Source: a virus. Taken from it: a DNA stretch of 64,000 bases. The first letter of the stretch is position 1, and each line of letters begins with the position of its first letter. Where the stretch lies: the IMG/VR virus record IMGVR_UViG_3300037010_001382, positions 1-64,000 of that record. One strand, 5' to 3'. Below the pieces are notes generated by a model that worked only from the letters and a program-made list of their open reading frames with translations, did not search any database and was not told the DNA's origin. Below, in pieces: positions 9,421 to 18,229 of the stretch. Both the position numbers and the translations under genes were made by a program.

Positions 9421-9529
9421 AATGTAGTAGGAAGTATCCTAGTCGGGGAGATCGTCAACAAAACTTGCGATTCGTTAGTGGACATAGCCTCCAGATAAGA
9501 GTGACCTACCGAGCACTTCCTACTACATT
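9421..9529 (+). ncRNA. long-stem element with multibranch head
   Basis: aatgtagtaggaagt / acttcctactacatt; inner tcgg/ccga and ggag/ctcc. Confidence 0.6.
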
Positions 9530-9556
9530 AATCATTAAAATTAAACAATTACGCCT

Positions 9557-9994
9557 ATGTGTGGAAGAGTAGTGTATCACAAGAATGTTATTACGCCAGG
9601 TTCATACATGAACTTTATAGGCGTAAAAGGTGAAATTCTAGCAGGAGAATGGGGATTAAGAACATCCAAACCAAAGCAATATCTCGCTAGAATAGAATCC
9701 ATGACAACTACGTGGCAAGGATATATGCCAAATAGAGGACTATTGGAATTAGAAGGATTTTATGAAGGTCCAAATTACTTTTATATGCCTGATCATGTTC
9801 CATTTTATGTTCCTGTACTGTATAGTAAAGATTATGATTTTTTAATACTTACACGTAGTGCAAGTTTACCTGTCTTAGCGGTACATCCAAGACAGCCTTT
9901 AATAATTTACCCAGAACGTGGAGATGAGTGGCTACAAAGAAGTAGATTAACAAAGCCTCCAACTGATCTGACATTTACAGAAGTAACAAAATAA
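9557..9994 (+). CDS. SRAP (YedK/HMCES-like) abasic-site processing protein
   Basis: N-terminal MCGR, ARIES, GFYE and VHPRQPLII motifs. Confidence 0.85.
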   Translation: MCGRVVYHKNVITPGSYMNFIGVKGEILAGEWGLRTSKPKQYLARIESMTTTWQGYMPNRGLLELEGFYEGPNYFYMPDHVPFYVPVLYSKDYDFLILTRSASLPVLAVHPRQPLIIYPERGDEWLQRSRLTKPPTDLTFTEVTK

Positions 9995-10025
9995 ATTAAT
10001 ATTAACACTTAAAAGTTCAAAAGTT

Positions 10026-10934
10026 ATGGCTATTCAATTAGACAAAGAGCTTGAGAAAATCTCTACGAGAGATAATAAGCTTAATGAACCTCTTACTGAG
10101 GTAAAGTTACTTCTGGAAGGCGATCGCCAGAAAGATTTGCATATCATGCGCCACTTGGCAGGATCATCAGAAATGATTCAAAATGAACATGCATTAGGCC
10201 GTAAACTTGAACTTATCAATCTCGAGGAGAAATATGGTCAGATATTTACAGCAACTAATATCCGTGATCTTGCTGTTAAGTATAAGCTCAGACTCCTTAA
10301 TTCTACCAAGTTCAAGGGTAAGATGGACATACAAGCTATATCTAAGCTTAAAACATTTGCTGAAGACTCCGGTCTGTCCATTATGGATGAAGCCACACTT
10401 TCACGCAGATTCTACATTCTTGCACCTGTTGAATCTTTCAGCACCGGCCACAGAACTATAAAATCTGCTAAAGATGAAGAAGCTGAACGTAAGCGCATAG
10501 CTCGCGATCCTATCTTGTTTTATAAGATAGATGAAACTCACTATAGGATGATTCATAAGTGGGGTAATGATTTCTCAGCCACTCGCCGCATTTTAGGCTG
10601 GTATTGGGAGTCTCCTGAGAACTACGTAATGGGCAACAGAATGATGGCAGCAGTAACATCTATATTGGTGTATGCTTTACTTTGGCAGTGGTTCAATACA
10701 TTCTCATTTCACATTGGATCATGCTTTCACTTTGGTGATTGTAAGACCTTAGATATTGCTACAGCGCATCACCTGTTTTTGTTCAGAATATGGGGAATTA
10801 TTTTTGCTATTACAGCTGGAATAATTCAAAGCTCTATAATGTGGAGCAATGTTACAAATTCAGATGGTAAATTTTATAACCAGCTGTTCTCTAAGTTCAA
10901 TTGGAACGACGATACATGTTGGACTATTAAGTAA
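10026..10934 (+). CDS. hypothetical membrane protein (302 aa)
   Basis: DPILFY...IHKWG motif followed by two predicted TM helices. Confidence 0.75.
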   Translation: MAIQLDKELEKISTRDNKLNEPLTEVKLLLEGDRQKDLHIMRHLAGSSEMIQNEHALGRKLELINLEEKYGQIFTATNIRDLAVKYKLRLLNSTKFKGKMDIQAISKLKTFAEDSGLSIMDEATLSRRFYILAPVESFSTGHRTIKSAKDEEAERKRIARDPILFYKIDETHYRMIHKWGNDFSATRRILGWYWESPENYVMGNRMMAAVTSILVYALLWQWFNTFSFHIGSCFHFGDCKTLDIATAHHLFLFRIWGIIFAITAGIIQSSIMWSNVTNSDGKFYNQLFSKFNWNDDTCWTIK

Positions 10935-11146
10935 GAAGCGCGCAGCTAATAAACTATCTCTGGGAATAGATAGTAAAAAGCAAAATCTCGAAGTTCCAGC
11001 TAGAGATGATGTGATAGGTCCGTAAGGAATTCACGCAGTATGAAGAAAAGTCCTGTGAAAGTTAATACGTCTAGTACCTACGACATGTAGTTAGGTAACC
11101 CCGCTCAAGCTACTTCAAAGTGGCACTCCTCACAATGAGCACGTGA
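10935..11146 (+). ncRNA. putative structured ncRNA with kissing loops
   Basis: Loop ctggga of hairpin actatct/agatagt is complementary to loop ttccag of hairpin atctc/gagat; further hairpins follow. Confidence 0.5.
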
Positions 11147-11147
11147 G

Positions 11148-11230
11148 ATATACAGCAGAACAAATCAGGAGAATCGTTATTGGCCATAGTTGACTCTCAG
11201 CGCCCTAACCTCTCCTGATCTGCTGTCTAT
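11148..11230 (+). ncRNA. long irregular hairpin element
   Basis: acagcag + atcaggaga / tctcctgat + ctgctgt. Confidence 0.5.
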
Positions 11231-11268
11231 TTAATTTCGGATGTAATGAAAAATCATCATAAATAAAA

Positions 11269-11631
11269 ATGCAGGAAGAAATACAAAAGCGTCCATTTAC
11301 TGTTGTTTATGACAATGGAGAACGCAAAGAGATATCTGCAGTCGATGTCACACATGTGTATGTACGTGTTTTATCTATGCTATTAGCACTTAAAAAGTCA
11401 TATAGAATAGAAATTATTATAGATGAAGCAAAAGGCATTATCTATGGTGACTTTGAATGGGATTTAGCTTTTGGCGTGAAGGATAAAGCTTATGTTACAG
11501 GAACTCCTTTTGTTTACAATAAGGAAGATATTGAGTATATGGTTTTAGCATATGCACGTTCAATGGGTAGTAGTGAAACGTTTGCTAAGGATTGGTTTGC
11601 TAAGAAAGCAAGAGAATTACAAATTAACTAA
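11269..11631 (+). CDS. hypothetical protein
   Basis: ORF track. Confidence 0.7.
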   Translation: MQEEIQKRPFTVVYDNGERKEISAVDVTHVYVRVLSMLLALKKSYRIEIIIDEAKGIIYGDFEWDLAFGVKDKAYVTGTPFVYNKEDIEYMVLAYARSMGSSETFAKDWFAKKARELQIN

Positions 11632-11637
11632 GATAAA

Positions 11638-11669
11638 TTTGGCATTCTCATAATGTCTTCTTATATTTG
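11638..11669 (+). promoter_or_regulatory. Bacteroidota promoter TTTG-N20-TATATTTG
   Basis: Consensus match 4 nt before the HNH ATG at 11674. Confidence 0.8.
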
Positions 11670-11673
11670 TACA

Positions 11674-12093
11674 ATGAAGACATGTATAGAGTGTAAAATT
11701 GAACAAGAAGATGAATGTTTTAGTTTAAGAGCTAATAGAACTGATAGACGATTAACTTGTAAAAGCTGTACTAATAATGTACAGAGATTATTTCGTCAGA
11801 AGAATAATAAGCAAATATTAGTTAAACTTAAAGAAAAACGTATTAAGGTTAAAGAATATATACATAAAATAAAGCAAGAAAAAGGTTGTATTATATGTAA
11901 GGAAACTGAACCTGTATGTCTAGATTTTCATCACCTTGATCCTAACGAAAAGGAATTCGACCTAGGTAATGGTAATCAATCCAGTATCAAAAAAATCGAT
12001 AACGAAATAGTTAAGTGTGTAGTATTATGTGCAAATTGTCACAGAAAGTTACATGCTGGATTATTACAGTTGTCTAAAAAACAGTTAGAATGA
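11674..12093 (+). CDS. HNH homing endonuclease
   Basis: CIECK..CKSC; GCIICKE...LDFHH...EIVKCVVLCANCHRKLH. Confidence 0.88.
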   Translation: MKTCIECKIEQEDECFSLRANRTDRRLTCKSCTNNVQRLFRQKNNKQILVKLKEKRIKVKEYIHKIKQEKGCIICKETEPVCLDFHHLDPNEKEFDLGNGNQSSIKKIDNEIVKCVVLCANCHRKLHAGLLQLSKKQLE

Positions 12094-12315
12094 GCGGAGA
12101 CGTTTTAGAAGACATGATGACGCCGGAAGAATACGACGCATACATGAGACAACAGCGACACGCATTTAAAGAAAAGCATCGTAAGTATAGCTTAGAAGAA
12201 GTGCATCATTTATTGAACAATTACAGGGTATTTGCTGAAACCGTAGTTTCAGCGCAGTATGAACAACAGATAGTATTACCAAATGCTAAGGATTGGTTTG
12301 CACTTAATGGTTAAC

Positions 12316-12666
12316 AATATTTAAGAACTCATCTTAAGGCCTGAAAGCGCACCGCCGTAAGGTGCGAATCATGAGCTGGAGGGGCTCTCGGTGCCTGTCG
12401 TGGGGGTGATCTGAATACAAAAGGATTAAGGTGGTTCGAACCCAGCTCACTGAACGATATTAGTTGTTTAATAACAACAAATGCTGCTGAGATGCATGTG
12501 CCCGCGATAAGAAACATTATTTATTCACAAAAGCAAAAATAGGTATGCATGCACTACATCCGATCTCCTGGCTCTTAAAATAAAAAAAGAGATAACCGGA
12601 ATATAGAGAAGCCTTTATGGCAAACAATAAAAAAGGGTCGCTGACGCTCAATGTTCAGTAAATATT
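12316..12666 (+). ncRNA. putative ~350-nt structured ncRNA (unassigned)
   Basis: Locally GC-richer and ORF-free; cgcacc/ggtgcg, tgagctgg/ccagctca, actgaac/gttcagt, tgcatg/catgca, tccg/cgga; terminator follows. Confidence 0.5.
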
Positions 12667-12671
12667 ATTAT

Positions 12672-12707
12672 AAAGAGTGTATAGTGTAATTATTATACAC
12701 TCTTTTT
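12672..12707 (+). terminator. intrinsic terminator
   Basis: aaagagtgtatagt / attatacactcttt plus T run. Confidence 0.65.
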
Positions 12708-12712
12708 CAAAT

Positions 12713-12784
12713 GGTTCTTTAGCTCATCGGTAGAGCACTTCACTGTTAATGAAGGGGCGCTTGGTTCGATTCCAAGAAGAACCG
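12713..12784 (+). tRNA. tRNA-Asn(GTT)
   Basis: ggttctt/aagaacc; cttca-ctGTTaa-tgaag; cttgg-ttcgatt-ccaag. Confidence 0.92.
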
Positions 12785-12805
12785 CTTTTTAATCAATAGT
12801 TAAAT

Positions 12806-13126
12806 ATGGCAGTAAAATACCGTCACTTTTGTTGTAAATATTACAAGTATAAAATTTGTTGGAGTTATACAAGATATGTAGAGGCTATGAATGCTGATCA
12901 TAAACATTGTAAAACAATTGTAAATCCACTTGAGTGGCATTCTAAAGCACCTTTGGCTAATAAAGTTGACTTCTTAAGAATGTGGGATATGTCATCATAT
13001 CATCCTTATTGGAAAATGAAAGCTGCTATTATGTCTTATAATAGAGCAGTGCAATCTAAATCTAAAGAGAGATTAGATTATGTCAGGAAATTGTATCGTT
13101 TGAGAATTTATGTCTTTGAAAAATAA
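12806..13126 (+). CDS. hypothetical protein
   Basis: ORF track. Confidence 0.6.
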   Translation: MAVKYRHFCCKYYKYKICWSYTRYVEAMNADHKHCKTIVNPLEWHSKAPLANKVDFLRMWDMSSYHPYWKMKAAIMSYNRAVQSKSKERLDYVRKLYRLRIYVFEK

Positions 13127-13152
13127 GTGAACAATTAAAATTGTCTTTTATC

Positions 13153-14124
13153 ATGCCTGAAGAAGTACAACTGAGAAAAAGTCTCAGCAAGGATGGACTA
13201 TCAATGTCCCAAGCACAAACAGTGTCTAACTTAGCAAATCAAAATGCTACAGCTTTGACGCAAGAAATGTTGCTGTATAATAACGTATCGAAGAAGATAC
13301 AGTACAAAGGACAAGAACTTGTACAAGTAAAACCGAATCCTATTCCTGCTAATATCAGTGAGATGTTAGCGAAGGTAGGTCGCTATTATGCTTTACAAGC
13401 TTTCCTGATGGAAAACATCAAGACGAAAGACAGTTGGCTACAGGAGATAAGAAGAGCGATCTTTGTACCTTCTGAAGAGCTACAAAAAGAACAACCTGAA
13501 GCACCAGATTTGGAAGCGGCAACACTGAAAACTCCTGTTAATGAGGATTGGGGTTGGGCACAGCTATCTCCTGCTGAAATGGCTGAGTATTGGGAAGTGG
13601 AAGCGAAAGCTTCACATCTCGGACAGTTCATTCACAGAGGTGGTAAACTTGATCAGTTGCGCAAAAACCTGCCTACAATTGTAGAGCTAGAATGGCACAC
13701 TACTGGAGGTATGAATGCAGAAAGTTATCCTATTAATGTTATAGCACATCATAACATAAAGGATTTGACTGAAATGCATAATAACTTCGCTAATGAGCAC
13801 AAAACTCTGGAGCAACGTGTGAATTACTTCAAGGCTAAAGTGAAGAATTCAGTTACTGAAGAAAATGCTAACATAGCAAAAGAAAATGGTATTGCAATCG
13901 CAGAAGTTAACAAAGTTAACAATGCTAAGATGGGAGAATACCAGAAGCTGTGTATAGATTACGAAGGTAAGCGTCGTGTTGAAGAAGAAGCGTTTGAAGT
14001 TAAACGTAACGAAGATATGAAGTTCGTAGCCGCACTTCGTATTAAAGTAGATCCTCGTTTTCAGGAAACTGTTGATGAGTTGATGCCGAAAAAGAATGAA
14101 GATGATGAGGTGAAAGTAGGATAG
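13153..14124 (+). CDS. hypothetical coiled-coil phage protein (~323 aa) with downstream structured RNA
   Basis: Long ORF: GLSMSQAQTVSNL, QAFLMENIK, EAKASHLGQFIH, VNYFKAKVKN; helical composition. Confidence 0.85.
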   Translation: MPEEVQLRKSLSKDGLSMSQAQTVSNLANQNATALTQEMLLYNNVSKKIQYKGQELVQVKPNPIPANISEMLAKVGRYYALQAFLMENIKTKDSWLQEIRRAIFVPSEELQKEQPEAPDLEAATLKTPVNEDWGWAQLSPAEMAEYWEVEAKASHLGQFIHRGGKLDQLRKNLPTIVELEWHTTGGMNAESYPINVIAHHNIKDLTEMHNNFANEHKTLEQRVNYFKAKVKNSVTEENANIAKENGIAIAEVNKVNNAKMGEYQKLCIDYEGKRRVEEEAFEVKRNEDMKFVAALRIKVDPRFQETVDELMPKKNEDDEVKVG

Positions 14125-14151
14125 GCATAAGCTGATTCTTATTTTCTTTAA

Positions 14152-14426
14152 GCCCAATAGTTAGGTACAAAAATATGACATAAGTTCGCATTGCGAACAC
14201 CAATCGCTAGAAGACGGTACAGCCGTCATGCTAGCAATCCATTTTTTAGCGGAAAAAATAGAATTATATAATCTTAAATCTGCCTCTCTACAAAACTTTA
14301 AATTTCAAGAAAAGTAATACGTACACGTATTACTCAAGTCTTAGGTTTTGTCTTTGTCTTTGTGTAGAGAGGGTCTTTGATTTTGTTTTTGTTTTTGGTA
14401 TTGTCTATATTACCTAATTATTGGGT
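14152..14426 (+). ncRNA. 275-nt multibranched RNA with (TTTGNN)n repeats
   Basis: 16-bp closing stem gcccaatagttaggta/tacctaattattgggt; internal hairpins; TTTG at 14347/14353/14359 and 14376/14382/14388/14394 (6-nt period). Confidence 0.7.
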
Positions 14427-14450
14427 AACTTATTATTTTATTATTAAAAT

Positions 14451-14536
14451 GCTCTCATGGGGAAACTGGTAGACCCGCAAGACTTAAAATCTTGTTTACA
14501 GGAATGTGAGTGCAGGTTCGATTCCTGCTGGGAGCA
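14451..14536 (+). tRNA. tRNA-Leu(TAA)
   Basis: gctctca/tgggagc; caaga-ctTAAaa-tcttg; long variable arm; gcagg-ttcgatt-cctgc. Confidence 0.92.
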
Positions 14537-14544
14537 CAATTGTT

Positions 14545-15357
14545 ATGAAGAAAGAGGATGTATTATCTGTATTTGTTAGACGCATGAAGAAATTAAACAT
14601 AAACTTATCTCTTGTAGGTAATTTTCCATGGATATACATTGATGCAATTAACGGACAGAAAGTAAAAGAGAAATTTCGAGGAAATAATGGGTTTACAATA
14701 GCTTTCTATCCTATAAGAATAGGACAAGAGATGAAATTGACAGACATAAGTGAAATTATTAAACTTATTAAAAAGTATGTATGCCAGAAATAATACCACA
14801 AGACATTCAAGACAACGCTAATAAAATACTTCCTATAAATATAGTAAGTAAACATATTGGTGCAACATCTGATTTTGTACATACTTATGATGAAAATCGT
14901 ATTAAACGAGAAATATACATAAAAGGACGTACAGATGAAAGAGCGATTTGGATTCCAAGTCCTGAATACAAACAAATTACTGGTCATGATAATGTTAAGT
15001 TACATGTTGCATATGACGAAGGTTATAGACATCATGAAATGGTAATGATGAAATGGATTAGTGATTGGGACGGTCACACTAATAGTGCATTAGGTGCATT
15101 ATTAGATGAAGTATTTAAAAAATTAAAGAAAAATGCCTAAAGCAAAAAGTAGAAAGATGAAGCCATACGCTTGGACTCCAGATGGGAAAACTCCATGGAA
15201 GAAAGATGGTGGAGCTTCTGGCGAAGATGCTGTTGGACTTTCTTATAAGCGAAATAAAAAACTTAGGAAAGAAGCACAACGTCTTAATCAGATTGAAAAT
15301 AAGCGTGCAAGAAAGTATTATAAGAATCAACTCAAGAAAGAGTTAAAAGACATGTAA
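14545..15357 (+). other. three overlapping hypothetical ORFs (14545-14793, 14781-15140, 15133-15357)
   Basis: Coupled start/stop overlaps. Confidence 0.7.
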
Positions 15358-15433
15358 GAAGGTTAATGCTTTTCCATCAACAAAGCAAGCAGATGAAATG
15401 GCGGGGCACTGTATAAAAAGTCATGCTCCAAAT

Positions 15434-15504
15434 ACGTTGATGGTGTAACGGTAGCACCACAGTTTTTGGTACTATTTGTCTAGGTTCGAATCCTGGTCAG
15501 CGTG
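15434..15504 (+). tRNA. tRNA-Gln(TTG)
   Basis: acgttga/tcagcgt; D arm gtgt/gcac; loop ttTTGgt (one stem mismatch); ctagg-ttcgaat-cctgg. Confidence 0.8.
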
Positions 15505-15939
15505 CAAACCAATAGATACTTTTTTATCTATGCAGTTAAGAATATGGAAGAATATTCAATCTTTATTTATTGGAGTAACATATCCTAAGAAGAAAAATGA
15601 TTGTGCTATTTGTCATAAAGATGAAGGTAAGCATTTATTGAAGGATATGACAAATTTATGTTGTGAAGCTTGCTGGCGCAAAGCGAACATACGTAAAAAC
15701 AGAGGTTCAAGGTACTAACAAAAAAAAAGAGAAAAAGACGAAAGACATGAACAAAACACTCCCTACAAGAGCACCAAGTGGTTACTATGGTATTGCTTTC
15801 AGAAAGACAAAGGAAGAAAAAGCTGCATTAAAAGAAGCAAAGCGTTTGCACAAAGCAGAAATTGACCAGAAGTATGGTCTCGAATTTAGCGCTGCACAAA
15901 GAAAGAAAATCTTGAATCCTTAGTGATTCATTTTTTATA

Positions 15940-16160
15940 AAGACCTGTGAAATATACAAAGACAGGCACCCTAATGTGACTCGACAGAGTAATATGTAGA
16001 TAGTGGAATTAATATTCGTCACAGTTCAACGCTCGGTTAATTTATTTAACCGACCAGAGACATCGACACGCTTAATACGTATAGACATTTTTGATCTGAA
16101 GTAGGTGAATACTTTAAGTATCACACATTAGAAGAGTGCAGGGGATCACTTATATCCCCA
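15940..16160 (+). ncRNA. putative structured ncRNA upstream of tRNA-Arg
   Basis: cctgt/acagg; ctaatgtg/cacattag enclosing actc-gaca-gagt and cggttaa/ttaaccg; gggga/tcccc. Confidence 0.45.
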
Positions 16161-16164
16161 CTAT

Positions 16165-16238
16165 GTCTTCGTAGCTCAACTGCATAGAGCAACAACCTTC
16201 TAAGTTGTAGGTTACAGGTTGGAATCCTGTCGGGGGCA
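16165..16238 (+). tRNA. tRNA-Arg(TCT)
   Basis: gtcttcg/cgggggc; acaac-ctTCTaa-gttgt; T loop TTGGAAT with D loop GC (C19-G56 swap). Confidence 0.88.
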
Positions 16239-16255
16239 CTTTATTTTAATAGAGT

Positions 16256-18185
16256 ATGGGTTGTCACACTTGGTGTGCTATCAAAGTTGAAAGATCTATC
16301 GAAGAAGCACGTGCTATCTGGATAGAGAAAAGAAGAGCTTGGATAGAGGATTGGGAAGAATATTTATTGAAGAAAAGCAATGGTGAGAAATTAGAGATAT
16401 TTGATGAATACTCTATAGAAACTTTTGTTCATTTATTAGAAGTGTTTCAAAGACAATTGCGAATGGTTGAAAAAGGATTATGCAATGTTGCAGTAATGAA
16501 TGATCAGCCAGAGCATAGTTATTACAAAGAAGGACATGGATTCTTTGTAAATAGTGATTTTCATGATGTTTTTAGAGTGTACGGGTATCCTAATGATTGG
16601 TTGTATTCTAAAGAAGAGACTTTAGCATATATTGAGAAATGGGAGAAAGATCATCCTGAAGATGAACCGTTAAAGTTTTGGAAGTTTACTGAAGGTCCAT
16701 ATAAAGGACGAACAGGTCTTGATGTCTTTTGGGAGTTACATCCTAATGGATCTATACATTTTGGTTAATATTTCTTTATTTATAAATTTACTTATGTCTC
16801 ACAAGAAACAGAAGAAAGGTCCTAAAGTGACCAGAAACAAAGAGCGCAAGGCTAATCGTGCCGCGCAACAGCAGGATCGTTTGAGAGCAGTAATAGCTCA
16901 AGAAAGAGAGATGCAAGAAAAACAGAATCAGGTAGTAAAATCTGATGATGGTAAGAAGTACAAACATGTGATCAAGACAAGGTCTGTGCAATCACGCAGA
17001 GAACGAGCTTTGGGCAGGATGACAGAGAGCCTGCATACTCACACAACAAAACCATTCTTATCTCCTGTACAAGAAGTGAGAATGAAGAAGGAAGTTAAGA
17101 TCCTTAAAGAACGTCTTAACATAGCAGCGTAGTATTTTATTTTTCACCCCCTAATAGTCATTAACAATGGCAGATCCAAAAGATCCGAAAGTAGCAATTG
17201 CTACTAAACAAATCAACACAGAAGTGGTTGTAGGTGCTGCAGCAGCAGACCTTAAAAAAGGCATTATCGCGTTAGGCTTAATGATGGAAGGTATCAACAA
17301 ATTGCCTGAAGAGGTTGAAAAGTTGGAACTGAAGATCTCAGCTAAGCGTACTGAACTGACAGGTCTTGAGCAGCAGTTTACAGAATCTGAGCGTCAGCGT
17401 ACAGTTGAGTTGGATATCAATATGAAGGAAAAAGGCATCAAAGCTGCAGATGATTTGTTGGAGAAAGCCGGCAAAGTATCTATAGCGAAAGATGAGTTGG
17501 CAACCTTGAAGAAGGAACTGTCTGATCTTAAAGCCAGCTATCAGAGCGATCTGAAGGAAGGTGTACAGGATGCTCGTAACTCTCTGACTATTGAACATGA
17601 CAACAAGACTGCCCTTGCTGATGCCCTGCATAAGCAGAATGAAGCGCAGAACACTGCTAAGATTACCGGCCTAGAATTCCAGATTGAACAACTGAAATCA
17701 ACAAATGAAATGCTTATCAAGCAATTGGATGCAGAACGTGAAGCTGGTATCAAGCGTGCTGAAGCAGCAAAACCAGCTCCTATACAGATAGGACAGCCGG
17801 GTCAGCGTTAATAGCTGAAAAAAGAAGTATTGACGCTTAAAAGTTCAAAAGTATTATGGCAGACATTATTAGCCAAAATCAGGTGATTCACGAAGGTGAT
17901 GAAACTTTTACTAACATGGATGAGTTGTTAGCTAGTGTTTATGGGTTGTTAAATTCTCGTAACATTGGTAATACTCCTGAAGATCCTTCAGTAGCAATAT
18001 TGATTCGTACAACAGGAAAGTTCACAAACGAAGAGGCAGAAATGTCTGTTGTTGTTTATGAGAACTTTACTGAAGAACAGATTGCTACACATATGACTGA
18101 ACAATCATTAGCTCCTGCAGATCAGGTTGTGGATGAGGCACCAGTTGTGGTGAAGGGTAAGTTTGGTGGAAAGCACTCAGCCTAA
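16256..18185 (+). other. hypothetical ORFs (16256-16768, ~16794-17132 basic, 17167-17811 coiled-coil, 17856-18185)
   Basis: ORF track; heptad-rich 214-aa protein. Confidence 0.75.
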
Positions 18186-18229
18186 AGGTAAAAAGTAAGT
18201 TAACAAATAGTAAAAAAGAACACTAAGAT

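Noticed and set aside
11041-11056. RNase P RNA (GAAAAGTCC resembles GGAAAGTCC)
   Set aside because: No downstream P4 partner (ACAGAA.CCGGCTTA-like) was found
12316-12666. tmRNA or c-di-GMP riboswitch (GCAAAC..., GGTTCGAACC)
   Set aside because: No Ala-type acceptor end or ALAA-like tag, and the riboswitch P2/P3 pairings are missing
14347-14405. DGR template repeat or Phe-Val repeat peptide
   Set aside because: No reverse transcriptase or matching variable repeat in the window; the two runs are in different frames with a stop and no start
14506-15530. ORF starts at 14506 and 15476
   Set aside because: They begin inside tRNA T-arms; the real starts are downstream
5113-16260. Theta (HDV-like) ribozymes at tRNA 3' ends
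   Set aside because: The trailers are AT-rich and run straight into ORFs, with no nested double pseudoknot
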